A stretch of DNA of 59,698 nucleotides, the filler included, from Squatina squatina (lineage: Eukaryota), in assembly GCA_031763465.1 (NCBI GenBank). It is 3 parts of 3 records of this genome, joined end to end, with 100 filler letters (N's around TTAATTAATTAA, not from the genome) between each part and the next. Parts side by side here need not be neighbours in the genome. Positions count along the whole stretch, not along the records: positions 1 to 29,664 come from JARFOE010000192.1; positions 29,765 to 46,368 come from JARFOE010432758.1; 1 more part is not named here. One strand, 5' to 3'. A model generated the notes under the pieces. That model was not told where the DNA came from. It was given only the letters and a program-made list of their open reading frames with translations, and made no database searches. Each line of letters opens with the position of its first letter. Position 1 is the first letter of the stretch. Both the position numbers and the translations under genes were made by a program. This document shows, in pieces, positions 23,927-37,620 of the stretch.

Positions 23927-26682
23927 CTGTATTGGAAGGTAGCAAAATAGGCAAAATTAACAAACTCCCCAACAATAACTTGCTTTTTAAGTGAAGTGAC
24001 AAAAATTAAATACTAAAATTATATCCTAAAAACTAATTTCTCTTTATCAGCATCACAGGATATGGTATAGAAAAGCACTTCAATTCTCCAAGCACTCAAA
24101 ATCATTGTGGGAACAGGCTAGGCTACACTACCCTCCTTAAGTTAAACACATGCATCATTACATGCAAGTAGCTGTCTGCAAATAAACAAAGCCTGCAGCA
24201 GAAAAGTACAGATCATAAGTTACTATTCAAGACTTTGATCAACGACAGTAGCAGAATGTCGCAAAAACTATGCTGGTGGGATGGAGAGATAGTGGGCANN
24301 NNNNNNNNNNNNNNNNNNNNNNNNNNNNNNNNNNNNNNNNNNNNNNNNNNNNNNNNNNNNNNNNNNNNNNNNNNNNNNNNNNNNNNNNNNNNNNNNNNTT
24401 TTTCTCTCCACAGATGCTGCCTGACCTGCTGAGTTTTTCCAGCAATTTTTGTTTGTTTACATATAGAATTTGCCTTTATAAATGTTTACCTAAGAGTTTT
24501 AATTGTAAATTCAAAATTCTGGAATCAAATTGTACGCGCCGCAAGACTTTGAATAATATTTAGAGGTGTGTGAATCTCCCACACCCGCGATAAGTCAGAG
24601 GATTCGGATTTTATAAGGAAAGGATCATTATTCCATGTAAAACAGAGTGCATTATTCCGCTAATATGTAGCTTATTACAGCTACATGGGAAACAACTCCG
24701 GACAAGAAAGGGTTAATGAAAAACTGTACAAATAAAATTTGTATTTAAAAAAGATTTTGTTGAGTAATGGAATTACACAATTAATAGACACACACTTTGG
24801 ACTACATTTTTCCACAACTTATTGGAATTAGGTCTTGATGACTAAATGTTTATGACTATTCAAAGAAAATTTCATGATTGTGAAAGAAGTGGGCTTGATC
24901 AAATGGTCTTTTCCATCCCACGCTTTAGATACTTAATATAAATCCACTTAGCTCCGCTGATGGGTCAGTGAATAAACTGCCTTGTTTGGGAAAGTCAGAT
25001 ACAATTACTATTCTGTGCTGATTAACTACAGGCAGAACCATGATGAGAGTGCTATAACTGGCCGCAGCAACCTTGGGCTTTGGAAGGTAAACAGGGTTCC
25101 TGTTTCAGGTTGTCATCCACTGGAGTCCTTCAGTGAGGAGCCTGCCTTCCCTATCTGGTCTGGTCTGCATGTGACTTCAGTCCTACACTTGTGGTTGGCT
25201 CTTAATACTGCGTTTCACAGTTTTGCCCACATTCCAAGAACACATTTTAAAAATTGCTGTATCATAACATAAGTGGCTCAGTCATCAGATATTGAAGTAA
25301 ACAGTTGGTTGCAAGATTTTACAAGTTGGAATAAGGTTTATCTGCAATCCCCAGCTAAGACACAGCATGAATGCAAACTGGGTAGCTGCCGCCTTATGAA
25401 ATTTGTTTTAAGGCATTTTTAAATTGCATGAATATATCTTACAAATTTTAAAAATTAGACCAAATATTTCTTAGCTTATTTTTAATGTGTGTGATTAAAA
25501 TTCCTTAGATCAATACCTGGTTTGAGAGAGACAGTGTCCAAAATTAAAACAAATTCCACTGGATGAGCCCCTCTGGATTACAGAGAATTCTGTAAATTAG
25601 GAACACCCTGTGCTTTTACACATTGCCACTTTATAACACCCAGCATTACAAAGTTTAGATAGGGGTGGCCAACGAGCACATTGTGAACAGCATGCATCTT
25701 CTGTTAAAGTAGTACTGTTATTTTCCCTTTTAATTTTGCTGTCTTGCAATTCTATTCTCTTCCTTTGAATTGGTTGTAGCACAACTATTTTACTCCCTCC
25801 GCTATTGGGTGATCCAGTTCTGTCATAACTTGTTGCTTGACTACTGTGTAGCCATAGCAGTCATACTCACTGTACGGAGAGTAGTGTTCAACAAGGGGTG
25901 AGAAATGTGATTGGTCGTGCACCAGACAGGAAGGAGTCTGGAGAATTGGTGAGAAGTGAGTGAATAAAGTGANNNNNNNNNNNNNNNNNNNNNNNNNNNN
26001 NNNNNNNNNNNNNNNNNNNNNNNNNNNNNNNNNNNNNNNNNNNNNNNNNNNNNNNNNNNNNNNNNNNNNNNNATTTACTGAGGAAATTAATGGATGCTTG
26101 CTTACAGAACAGTTTCCGTTATTTAGATTGCTTTTGGGGTTCATAATGGATGGTGGGAAATTTCAAGCTCAGAACATTAATTCATCTACTGACTTATTTA
26201 TTCAAAGGGCTACTTGATAGAAATACACTGTGCAGTGCTGAGTCTTTGAGATATGTTAATTGTTCTGCTTTGTTGAATTTCTGTTGAGAAATAAAAAGTG
26301 AGTGAGACCTTCTGTAGAATAAATAACAAAATTCAAGGTATGAATACAAGGTATGACTATCAGAATAGTCCTCCTTAGAATAAAGAGAGGAATGGCAACA
26401 AGAAATGGAGTGAAGTTGCACAGGGTGTGGCACACAATTGCTTTAAATGTTGATGGAGCCGGCAGAGCTGATGGCAGTGGATACTCACTTTTAAGCATCG
26501 CTCTCCCAGAACCCAAACTGTAATGTAAAAATGCCTGAAAACTTGTATTTTATTTTGCTAGCTCGTGCTCTGAAAGATTGGCCACCCCTGGTATAGATGT
26601 CTGCAAATGTGACAGCAAGACCTGCTTATTTTGAAAGTTGAAAAGGGAGATTCAAGTACTCAAAGGACAACAGCTTTCTCAC

Positions 26683-26841
26683 CTGAGTATTTGAAGTCAC
26701 TATCAATGCACTTGTTATGTTTGGCTGTGGTTTCCCACTTGGGATGGGCAGTGTAGGTGCTAAAGTTGCCATCAAAGGAGCTAATGTTGGGATGCCAAAG
26801 TGGTGAAGGTTTGGAGTTGTGCATGGTGTAGAATCAGAATC
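26683..26841 (-). CDS. TENT4A: TENT4A exon (159 nt), DSDSTPCTTPNLHHFGIPTLAPLMATLAPTLPIPSGKPQPNITSALIVTSNTQ
   Basis: Acceptor TTTTGACAG, donor GTGAG, phase 0/0. Matches recalled DSDTPPCTTP...APLMA.LP..LP.PSGKPQP...LI.T.NNQ. Confidence 0.9.
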
Positions 26842-27084
26842 CTGTCAAAAGCACCATTAAAAACACTTTCACAGTGCTATGATAACCAATTATTTCAATA
26901 TATTAGTTTTTTTTTTAAACTACAAATGTGTTCCAACATGATCAGATTTAAATCATGAATCAATAGATGAGCAATTAATGACCCATTATGCTAAACAATT
27001 CATACATTGCAAATACTAAACTGTATTTCAGTAGCAATTTTGAGTACAATATTCAGCACAAACCCCATTAACAAATATTGTTTA

Positions 27085-27597
<513 letters not shown>

Positions 27598-28857
27598 TCA
27601 ATTAAGCTACTGCAAGAAGAAGGGAAAACAAAGCTCTGGAGTTAAATTTCTCTGTTAATCTAGCTCTGCTGTGAAGGATTGGAAATTTCTGGTAGAATGT
27701 TAAAGAATGGAAGGCTGCCCTCAGAAAATTCTTCCATTTACCACCTACTATGCCTTTAATTGTTTTGGTGTTTTTATAAACGTGCATCAAGGTAAGGAGC
27801 ATTTATCTACTTCAAGCACCCAGTGCCAATGTGTAGCTCAGCCAGATAAGGGGTAGCACAGCTAGCTGCAGAGTAGAGATTCCTCTGTCATAAAGTAGAT
27901 GCTCTGGAAAGACTTATATTTACCGGGGATATAGGTCAGACAACTTTGTTGGCTTCTTCACAAGGTTGTGTGACTAACTGATGGACATATAGGACATGAA
28001 CTAACCCAAAAAGTAGCACTAGACGGTATCTATCAGATGAATTGTTTGCATCTGATTAGGAAGAAAGTGTTGGCCATGTGTGAAGCACATCCCTCTCTGA
28101 CATACCGTGAATCGGGAAAGTTAGCCATTTTTGACAGATGTATTACTTGACAATGTGATCACACAGCTTTGCTTTCCCCTTCTCATAGTCCAAGTCCAAA
28201 TGTCAATGGACACCACCACCTAGGCCCATATCAATGCTGCTCTAAGGCAGTGACCACTTTGCCATTTTTCCTTCCTCAAGTAAAAGTGCACAGCAATATT
28301 CTGCACACTGCAGTAGTAGTTGGTAACTCCAAGAGTGGGAGTCGAAACTTGCGTCCCTCCATTCAGTGGTGCAGCATCATTGCCATCCAGCAGTCACCTC
28401 AAAACTTCCAAATACTGTTTTACAATTCTTTAGGTCCCTGATATAGAGACAGCCATAAAAATAATCCCCTTTCCTCACTAGGGGCTATTTTCCAGTGTGG
28501 GAAAGCAATAGGTAGTCAGATGAAATAAAATCTGCTTTTGGTGCTAAAAGTCCCACTGCACTGAAGGTAATCTTTTGAAGGTGGCAAAGTACACTCAAGC
28601 ATCTGTTGGGAATTGTAGCATTGAAATTGATAAAGGTTTTTTTGCCTGATCTTGCTAGTGGTGCCAGAATGGCCAAGCCCATCTTCAGAGGAATGAAAGG
28701 GAGGACTTGCCTCAAAAATTAAAAAAAAGGATATTTACATACATTGCTTGACAACCANNNNNNNNNNNNNNNNNNNNNNNNNNNNNNNNNNNNNNNNNNN
28801 NNNNNNNNNNNNNNNNNNNNNNNNNNNNNNNNNNNNNNNNNNNNNNNNNNNNNNNNN

Positions 28858-29049
<192 letters not shown>

Positions 29050-29664
29050 TTAATTCTCAATTTAAGGTAAACATCGTTAAGGAATAAAGTTGGAACATTA
29101 AAATTAGAATATAAAATTGACTTATAGTGCCATGAAACTCTCCTCAGATTAGTGACATTTGACTTGTGGAGCACAAACTTACAGCGTGAACTCTCAGCAA
29201 CAGAAGGTTTGTTGCCGTGGATGCTACCCTCCCTACAATGGATGATGTCCAACAAAGTAGATTGGAAAGCATGCAAAAAGAGGCTGAAGGGAATGGAAAG
29301 GTCAACAGTGGAGTAATTGCATCAACAATGACTTTAAGGTCAACAAAGGTCCCACAACACTCAACAGAACAAAAATTGGGCCACACAAAGAACTTCTGCA
29401 AAATGCACACATCACCATCACAGCAGAAGAGTTTTTTTCAAAAACAGGGCTGTGCTTGATGGAAATGTTTGCATATTGTGAATACCCTTCATTTTCACCA
29501 TTTCAAGAAAGCTTTTGGAAACTCTTCCAAAATTAATTTCTAATTATTTTCAAATTTGTCAGTGTTGAAGTAGTGATTACCTCAAACTGAGATTGCTGTC
29601 AGATTGCTACAGACCCCAATGCTCAATAGGACAGAATAGCGACATACCATTTTAGTCCAAGGAT

Positions 29665-29764
29665 NNNNNNNNNNNNNNNNNNNNNNNNNNNNNNNNNNNN
29701 NNNNNNNNTTAATTAATTAANNNNNNNNNNNNNNNNNNNNNNNNNNNNNNNNNNNNNNNNNNNN
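29665..29764. other. artificial scaffold-joining linker (N44 + TTAATTAATTAA + N44)
   Basis: Palindromic 12-mer with stops in all six frames at 29709-29720, centred in a block of exactly 100 bases. Identical construct at 46369-46468. Confidence 0.95.
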
Positions 29765-30490
29765 AAGGGACCTGGGTGTCCTTGTACACCAGTCAATGAA
29801 AGCAAACAGGCAAGTGCAGCAAGCAGTTAGGAAGGCAAATGTTATGTTGGCCTTCATTGCAAGAGGATTTGAGTACAGAAGTAAGGATGGCTTAATGCAA
29901 TTAATATAGGGCCTTGTTGAGACCACACCTGGAGTACTGTGTGCAATTTTGGTCTCACTACTTAAGAAAGGATATACATGCCATGGACGGAATGCAGAGA
30001 AGATTCACCAGACTGATACCTGGATGGTAGGACTGCCGTAGGAGAAGAGATTGGGTCGACTGGGGCTGTATTCACTGGAGTTTAGAAGAATGAGAGGGGA
30101 TCTGATTGAAACGTATAAAATTCTGGCAGCGCTAGACAGACTAGATACAGGGAGGATGTTTCACCTAGTTGGTAAGTCTAGAACCAGGGGTCACAGTCTC
30201 AGGAAACTGGGTATGCCATTTCGGACTGAGATGAGGAAACATTTCTTCACACAGAGGCTGGTGAACCTGTGGAATTCTCTACCACATAAGGCAGTGGAGG
30301 CCGGGTCACTGAATATATTCAAGAAGGCGATAGATTAGATTTCTAGACACTAAAGGCATCAAGAGGTATGGGGAGAAAGCGGGAATATGGCGATGAGATA
30401 GAGGATCTGCCATGATCCTATTGAATGGCGGAGAAGGCCCAAAGGGCCGAATGGCCTACTCCTGCTCCTATCTTCTATGTTTCTATGTTT
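29765..30490 (+). mobile_element. CR1-type LINE 3' end, fairly well preserved
   Basis: Encodes LGLYSLEFRRMRGDLIETYKIL...RTRGHSL...FRTEMRKHFFTQRLVNLWNSLP. Has the 3' UTR GGGCCGAATGGCCTACTCCTGCTCC and a (TTCTATGT)n tail. Confidence 0.92.
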
Positions 30491-32632
30491 CCATGTGACA
30501 TTACACACGAGCTTTTGTTAATGTGGAGAGTGGGGGAAGCAAGTGCGGATGCACAAAGCGAGAGCACGATCATGAATCTTCCACTCCCTATGGAGGTCTT
30601 GAAGGGAACACTACCTTTAGTTGTTTTGGTGATTACTGGTGTGAGCGAGCAGGGTTAAAGTTACAGGACATGAGAGCTATCGTTAGTGAAGCGGGGCCAG
30701 CACCACTTCAAGAACTTAATGAGTTGGCCCAATGGTGGTGTCGTGTTTTGGGATAGTGGCAGTATGGGGACATATCGGACAAGCAGAGATTTCGCACGAT
30801 TCTGCGAACTTTGGAGAATCACCGGGGAAAGGTAGTAGGTTTTGACAAGTTCCAGGTCCATGCTTGGTTGAATAGTAGTTGTGATCTTTGGTGTTCACTC
30901 AGGGTCACAGTTGATAAAATAGCATTATTACCAGGGGAAGGACCCAGGGAAGCAGAGGAATGTATTGGGTTGAGATCAGTCATTTAAAATATACGTAGAG
31001 TGATTATTTTGACTCATCCACCCCCTAAGTAGTTCCAGAAGTAGATGCCAGGGCCGGGACAACAGTTTTGATCAAGGTTTGGCAAGTGTAGAAAGCTTCT
31101 ATCAGAGAGCTGCAGGTATTCCAGTCATTGAAGTGAGACAGGGGTTCCAGCGATGGACAGCAGAAGGGCCTGAGTGGGTAAATCCTCGGAGGAGTCGCAT
31201 GAACAGAGCAGGGCCAGGTGGTGCCTGGAATCCGACTCATCAGCGAATAGAGGACGGGGATAGACAGTCTAAAGAATTAGAAAAGTTCAAACATAAGTTG
31301 AAGAATCAGGAAAACGAAGCAAGAGTCACAGACAGGAATGATACCTCGATCCGTTTGGTGTGGTCGCGGGTAGATTCTGAAAGTGAGGGAGGTTTGCTAT
31401 GGGGATGCTGCTCCTGAACCACACATGTTTCCTTCAGATCCGCTACTTCAGGATAGGGGTGGCTGTCCCCTTACCGCAGCATGTGTGGAACAGCTGCGGG
31501 GAATATAGTTGATTGATACAGTTTCTCGTTGCAGACACTTCTGTTCCCCCATCTATGGTTATGACCATTCAGGGTGCCACTGGTGCACCGGAAGACGTTC
31601 ACATCATGCATAAGTGATCAGCAAACCCCGGCATCCAAATCCCTGCAGCTAACTTTAATAGGGACCGACAGTGTAACACACACTGGTATCAGGAACACAG
31701 TGTACCAGGACACAGTGGTGCGCTGCAGAATATCACAGGAACAAAGGCTTCATCTCCCGCTGAAAGAGAAGCAAAAATGAACATTTCTCCACCCATTGGT
31801 AACCGGGCTCCGAGAGGGCTTGTTCCAGAATCCGAATCAGCACTAATGCTAAACTCTGATAAACGAGCCTTTAGGTTAAATCAGGGGCCGAACTCTGCGA
31901 GAATATTCAAGGGATTGCAGCGGGTTCCAAGGCAATTCCACGTCTGCTATTACTTACTTTGCAATTTCTACTCGTCTCATCACAGTGTGGTTATGTGGTC
32001 ATTGAAGTCCTTGTACACCACTTCATGCAGCACTGAATAAAGTGACTGACTTATCTAGAATCTTCTTTATTTGAAAATAATTTTAATTTAGTAACATATG
32101 GATACATTTATTATTTTCTGATCCTATTTTATAATATTATGAGCAGGGAATTTACCGAAAATCGTTCTTTAGTGTGTAATATCATTTAACACGTTTCTTT
32201 CTTGTAAGAGCGCTCCTGATTCATTTAATATTCAAAAAGTTAAATCCCATCTTGCTCCCATTTATGTTCACGCCAATCTGCCCCACACAGTTTTTGGCAG
32301 CAGCCCAGCCGACAGCTGTCAGGGAGGCTCGAACACCCAGCGTCATTTACAGGAAGCATCTGGGATTCTGTGCATTGAATCAAAGACCTGTTTCCTGACT
32401 ACTGACAGCTTGTCAGAAAGGCAACTTCAAACCCTTTACATTGTCAGTGAGGCCTATTTATAAACAATTCTGCCCAGCAACAGTACTGGAGTCCGTTTAT
32501 TTTTTTAAAGTTGTGTAAGTGTGTGTAACCGTTTCCATTTCCCAGGAAAGGAAATATATCCAAAGTTTCAGACACCATGTCAGCTGTAGCAGTCAGCTGG
32601 AGTATCTCTCCAACACATCACAACCCTGTAGC

Positions 32633-32795
32633 AGATAGATAGACAGAGAGATAGACAGATAGATAGATAGATTGATTGAGAGAGACAGGCAACCAGACAG
32701 ATAGGCAGATAGTTGAATTGAATTATTGATTGATCGATGACTTCAGAGAGAGGATCCACTCTGAAATGGAGAAACATGCATGCATGCATGCATGG
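32633..32795 (+). repeat. (GATA/GACA)n and (CATG)n microsatellites
   Basis: Visible GATAGATAGACAGA... tract at 32633-32711 and CATGCATGCATGCATG at ~32775-32794. Confidence 0.85.
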
Positions 32796-33529
32796 ATGTT
32801 TTGATTAATGGAGCACAGAGCTGACTAATTCGATGGATGGATGGATCGAAGGGCCTGAAAGATGCTGTTCGACTTTGTAATGCTCTATTTATTAACATGA
32901 AACCGACGTTTTACAACACTGCAGTTCTCCCTGATTTTCGGGAACATTTCACTCCCTACGTTTCCATAACCAACGAGCTGAACTTCTCCACGAGAAGTTT
33001 GAATGTGTCTGTGTGGTACTGATGACACTTCTCTGGTGATGGGGAATCTTCATCTCAAAGGCAGAATGCGAACACATGTCTGGGTTGAGAAAAGCCAAGT
33101 GTAATTTTCGGAACATGTGGCTCTTGCATGTACAACAAAGCACTCAACATATCCTCAACCGAATTACTTCAATCCTTGGAACGAATAATAAAAAGTGGAA
33201 ACATACCACATCATTGGCGAGATGATTTTTCCACTTTCCCACCTAAATACTTGCACCTCTGTGAGACTGGTGCAGTCACACCATTCTGAACAGCACGGAT
33301 AAAAGGAGCATGAAATGTGACTTTCTTTAATACCATATAGTCATAAGCCATGGCAAAGTATATCCTGTGGGTCCTCCACATTATGGTCCTAAATTCAAAT
33401 GCCTTTACCACTTTAGCTACACTCCCCAGAGCCTTTCCATTCTGTCTATGTATGCACCAAATGAATTGTTCACAAGTTGGGCGGCTAAGGTCAACTTTTG
33501 ACTTAAATCTCCCACCCGCATATTTCCAC

Positions 33530-34000
33530 TGGTCATTTTGCCACGTACCTTAAATCTGTGACATCTGGCTATCGAGACTTCTGCCACTTGAAACAGTTTC
33601 ACTGCAGTTTCTCTGTCAAAACCAATTATGGCCTTGAATATCTCTATCATATTTCCACTTGACTATCTCTGCTCTCAAGAGAACATCCCCAGTTTCTCCA
33701 ATCTCTCCACTGAACTAAAGTCTTTCATCCCTGGTACCAGGCTGGTAAATCTCTTCTGCATCATCTACAAGGCATTGATATTCTTTCTGATACCTGGTAC
33801 CCAGAATTGGATACATGAGTCCAGCTGGGGCCTAACCTGCGTTTTATTAAGGTTTAGCATCATTCATTATTTTTGTCCTCTATGCCTTTACTAATGAAGC
33901 CAAAAATCATGTATTCCCTTTTAACAGCCATAAGAACTTATATGCACGTGTACCTCTAATCCTGCCCCCCGTTAAAATCGTGACATTTAGTTTAGATTGT
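33530..34000 (-). mobile_element. CR1-type LINE 3' fragment
   Basis: Encodes IEIFKAIIGFDRE...KLF.VAEVS.ARCHRFKV and an upstream RPQLD.CIQFW-like segment. Confidence 0.8.
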
Positions 34001-34009
34001 CAGGTTTTA

Positions 34010-35092
34010 GTATAGTGCAAACAAATCATGTAAAACAACGGAGACATAGATTTGTGTAATATAAACAAAGGGATATTCCAGTGTAGTAATAAGTGAGACA
34101 GAGTCTAGTGGAGTAATAACTGAGACAGGGACTCGTGCAATATAAAGAGGGACAGGGTTTAGTGTAATATAAACAAAGACGATCCAGTGTAATATAAACA
34201 GAGACAGGGTCTCGTATAATACAAACAGTGACAGGGTCGAGTGCAGTAATAACTGAGACAGGGTCTTGTGTAATGTAAAAAGAGGCATGGTCTAGAATAA
34301 AATAAACAGAGACATTATCTAGTACAGGTATAACTGGCACAGTTTCTAGTATAATATAAACCAGAGACATGATCTAATACAGTAATAAATGAGACAGCGT
34401 CTACTGTAATATAAACAGAGATATGGTCTGGTGTAATTTTTAAAAAGACAGGGTCTTTTGTAGTATAAACAGCGATCGGGGCCTTGTGTAATATAAACAA
34501 TGACAGGGCCTATTGTAAAATAAACAAAGACAGGATCTAGTGTAATGTAAACAGAGACATGGCCTAGTGTAATATTAACAGATACATGGTCTAGTGTAAT
34601 ATAAGCAGAGACATGGTCGAATGTAATATAAACAGCAACAGGGTCTAGTGTGATATAAACAGAGACAGGTTCGAATCTATTATGAAAAGAGACATGATCT
34701 AGGACAATAAAACAGACATGATCTAGTACAGTAATAACTGAGACAGCATCTAGTGTAATATAAACAGGGACAGGGTCCAAAGTAATAAAACAGAGACATG
34801 ATCTAATACAGTAATAACGGAGGCAGGGTCGAGTGTAATATAAACAGAGATGGCCTTGAATGTAATATAATCAGGGACAACCTCTAGTGTAATAAAAACA
34901 GAGACAGGGTCTACTGCAGTAATAACTGAGACAGCATCTACTGTAATATAAACAGAGACAGGATCTCGTGTAATATAAACAGAGACATGGTCTAATGTAA
35001 TAAAACAAAGTCATGATCTAGTACAGTAATTATATGAGACAGGGTCAAGTGGAATATAAACAGAGACCAGGCCTAGTGTAGTACTAACTGAG
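34010..35092 (+). repeat. 27-bp minisatellite, roughly 40 degenerate copies; consensus ~GTGTAATATAAACAGAGACAGGGTCTA
   Basis: Periodicity is directly visible. It produces 9-aa periodic pseudo-ORFs (ITLDPVSVY) on the minus strand. Confidence 0.92.
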
Positions 35093-35099
35093 TCAGAGT

Positions 35100-35400
35100 T
35101 TAGGACCTAAACAGATAAAAGCATTGCCGCCAATGCTTGGGCAAAGGGCGTGGGGGTTGTATAGTAAGATGGCAGAAATTTTGTAATGCTGTAGGGGTGC
35201 AGGAATTTGCAGAGATATGAAGCGGTGAGGCCATGGTGGTTTTTTAGGACAAGTGTGAAGAATATTAAAATCCAGGCATTGCTGGACCGGGGGCCAATAT
35301 AGTTCAGCCCGCACAGGGCTGATGGTTCAAACAGGATTTTTTGCAACTTAGAATGTGGGCAGCAGAGTTTCCGCTGAACAGAAGTTTATGGAGTGGGGTA
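35100..35400 (-). mobile_element. L2-type LINE 3' fragment
   Basis: Encodes AELYWPPVQQCLDFNI..., FTLVLKNHHGLTASYL and IGGNAFICLGPKL, resembling L2 motifs L.WLP...RI.FK.L...FK.LHGLAP.YL and GGRAFS..GP.LWN. Confidence 0.7.
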
Positions 35401-36120
35401 CTATAATCGCTGGGCTGACGTCTCATTATAGGAAGGGAATTAAGGTTATAATAATGCTTGTATTATAACGCTACCATGGCATTTCAGTTCAGACGGTTTA
35501 AAGATGGAAATAATTAATCTGGTATTAATAAGGACAATCATGAGACTGTGAGATTGTGGAAATATACCGGTCTCTCCGGTAATCCCACACCAACGTGATT
35601 AACTGTCCTTTGAAGTGGCCCAGCAAGCCCCGAGTTGTACTGAACTGTTGGAAAGCGCAAAACTGTAGTGTTTCAAGAGGACCCACCTCCTCGAGGGGCA
35701 ACTACAGGTGGGTAATAAATACTGGCCTTTTCAGCGTGCACACATCGGGGATTAATAAGAAAGGCAAAGTGTTAACAGGCAGTCATATTCACTTCTGTTT
35801 GTTGCCGGAGATTGATTGGTAGATTTTAGATAGTAAAGGTTATTAAGGGTTAGGGAACTGAGGTGGGTGTATGGAGTTATAATACAGATCAGTCATCACT
35901 TACCTGAATGGCGGAACAGTGTCAAGAGGCTGAATTGCCTTCTATTGTGTGTCTATGTTCTTACTGCGTTTTTGATATTGGACACAGAAATAAACAAGAT
36001 CAATATTTTCTTTTTTGCAAGTAATATTGAATTAAGTGATACCATGATCTCCTTTAAAATTACTGGCCCTATTTTACAATATTGCTTGTAGGGATTTGTA
36101 TTTAAATGTTAGCTGACAGT

Positions 36121-36795
36121 TAACATGAAGGTTGAGCAAGCAATTAAGAAAGCAAATGGTATGTTGGCCTTTGTTACAAGATGATTTGAGTATTAGAGTA
36201 AAGATGTCTTACTGCAATTATATAGGGCCCCAGTGAGACCAGACCTGGAGTATTCTGTACAGTTTTGTTCTCCTTACCTAAGGAAAGATATACTTGCCAG
36301 AGAGAGAGTGCAACGAAGGTTCACCAGACTGATTCCTGAGATTGTCCTATGTGGAGGGATTGAGTAGATGATGACTATATTCTCTAGAGTTTAGGAGTCT
36401 GAGAGGTGATCTCATTGAAACATGCAAACTTCTTGCAGGCCTTCACAGGTTAGATGCAGTGAGGATGTTTCCCCTGGCTGGGACGTCTGGAATCAGCGGT
36501 CACAGTCTCAGAATAATTGTTCAGCCATTTGAGGACTGAGCAGAAGAGAAATTTCTTCACTCACAGGGATGTAAATCTTTGGAATTCTCTAACCCAGAGG
36601 GTTGTGGCGGCCCAGTCATTGAGTATATTCAAGACAGGCATCGATAGATTTTTGGACATTAAGGGAGTCATGGGATATGGGGATAGTGCAGGGGAAGTGA
36701 GGGAGAGGATCAGCCCTGGTCTTGTGAAAGAGCGGAGCAGGCTCGTCGGGCCGAATGGCCTACTCCTGCTCCTGTTGCTTATGTTCTTATGTTAT
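36121..36795 (+). mobile_element. CR1-type LINE 3' end
   Basis: Encodes RTEQKRNFFTHR.VNLWNSL.QRVV.AQSLSIFK..IDRFL. Has the 3' UTR GGGCCGAATGGCCTACTCCTGCTCCT and a (TTATGTTC) tail. Confidence 0.9.
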
Positions 36796-36899
36796 TAAAC
36801 ATTTGCTGTTTATCAAACATGCTGAATAAATAAATATAGAGCAGTTCAATTTCATTTTCTTTCATTCTTATTCAAATTTATGCTGACTCAGTACTGAAA

Positions 36900-37620
36900 C
36901 TCGGGTGGTGGCGGGTCCTTTTGAGAAACCCTGGTCTCAAACCCGTGGGTGACAGCCCAGAGCCAGGGATCACAGGCTGCACAAACTGGGGCTGTTCGAA
37001 GCTGGGCGGAGGCTGGAGACGCCCATGGAACCCTGACCCTGAATTAATGGGAGAAACAGCCAATCATGACGCTGTGACGTGCGGACAGCATTGTGGCGTC
37101 ATACACTGCCCCGCAAAGCGCCGGCAGTCATGGTTTGAGTAATCCGTCGGATATTAGGACCCTGCGGCCGCCCATCCGCCGGTGCTGTGAGCTCACAGTT
37201 CCAGGCTCCGTCTGATACAAACACTGGGTCAGGTGAAAGCTAAGGTTAGAGTGTGAGAGTTTTACTGCAATCTCGCGGAGTGTATTATGGCCAACAGGTC
37301 ATCTGTCTGATGTGGTGAACTTTACTTTTTCTTGCTTGGGACCTGACATTGATGCGCAGAATGTTTTTGCGCAGCTTCCGGTAGCATCCGGTGTGTTGGC
37401 AGCAGTCAGGTCCGAAAATCAACGACTCAATCACTTTCTCTCCTGGTCACTGGGACACTGAAGCCGCGCCCACTCCCTGGCTCCTGTACCAAAATGGCCG
37501 CGCAGGCGCTGCTTACTCTCACTCGACCAAGACGGCAGCCAGTGAGCGGATTGGGGAGGGTCAGGGGCCTATCACTGCGGTGCGAACACGGTGGGCTCTT
37601 AATTGGGGCCTGAGGCCTTA
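36900..37620. promoter_or_regulatory. CpG-rich promoter-like region (CCAAT, CRE-like, Ets and YY1 motifs)
   Basis: CCAAT at 37060-37064, TGACGT at 37075-37080, CTTCCGG at 37375-37381 and CAAAATGGCCGC at 37490-37501. CpG is visibly denser than in the flanks. Function unproven. Confidence 0.35.

Noticed and set aside
26256-26516. 86-aa minus-strand ORF as a TENT4A exon
   Set aside because: No similarity to TENT4A; the expected next exon was found at 23759-23926.
29709-29720. TTAATTAATTAA as a biological palindrome, homeodomain site or PacI site
   Set aside because: Centred in exactly 44+44 Ns and repeated identically at 46413-46424, so it is a synthetic linker.
34007-34780. Repeat-protein ORFs (ITLDHVSVY)n, or a CRISPR-like array
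   Set aside because: Contiguous 27-bp tandem units with no unique spacers, in a vertebrate context with no cas genes. The ORFs are by-products of the periodicity.
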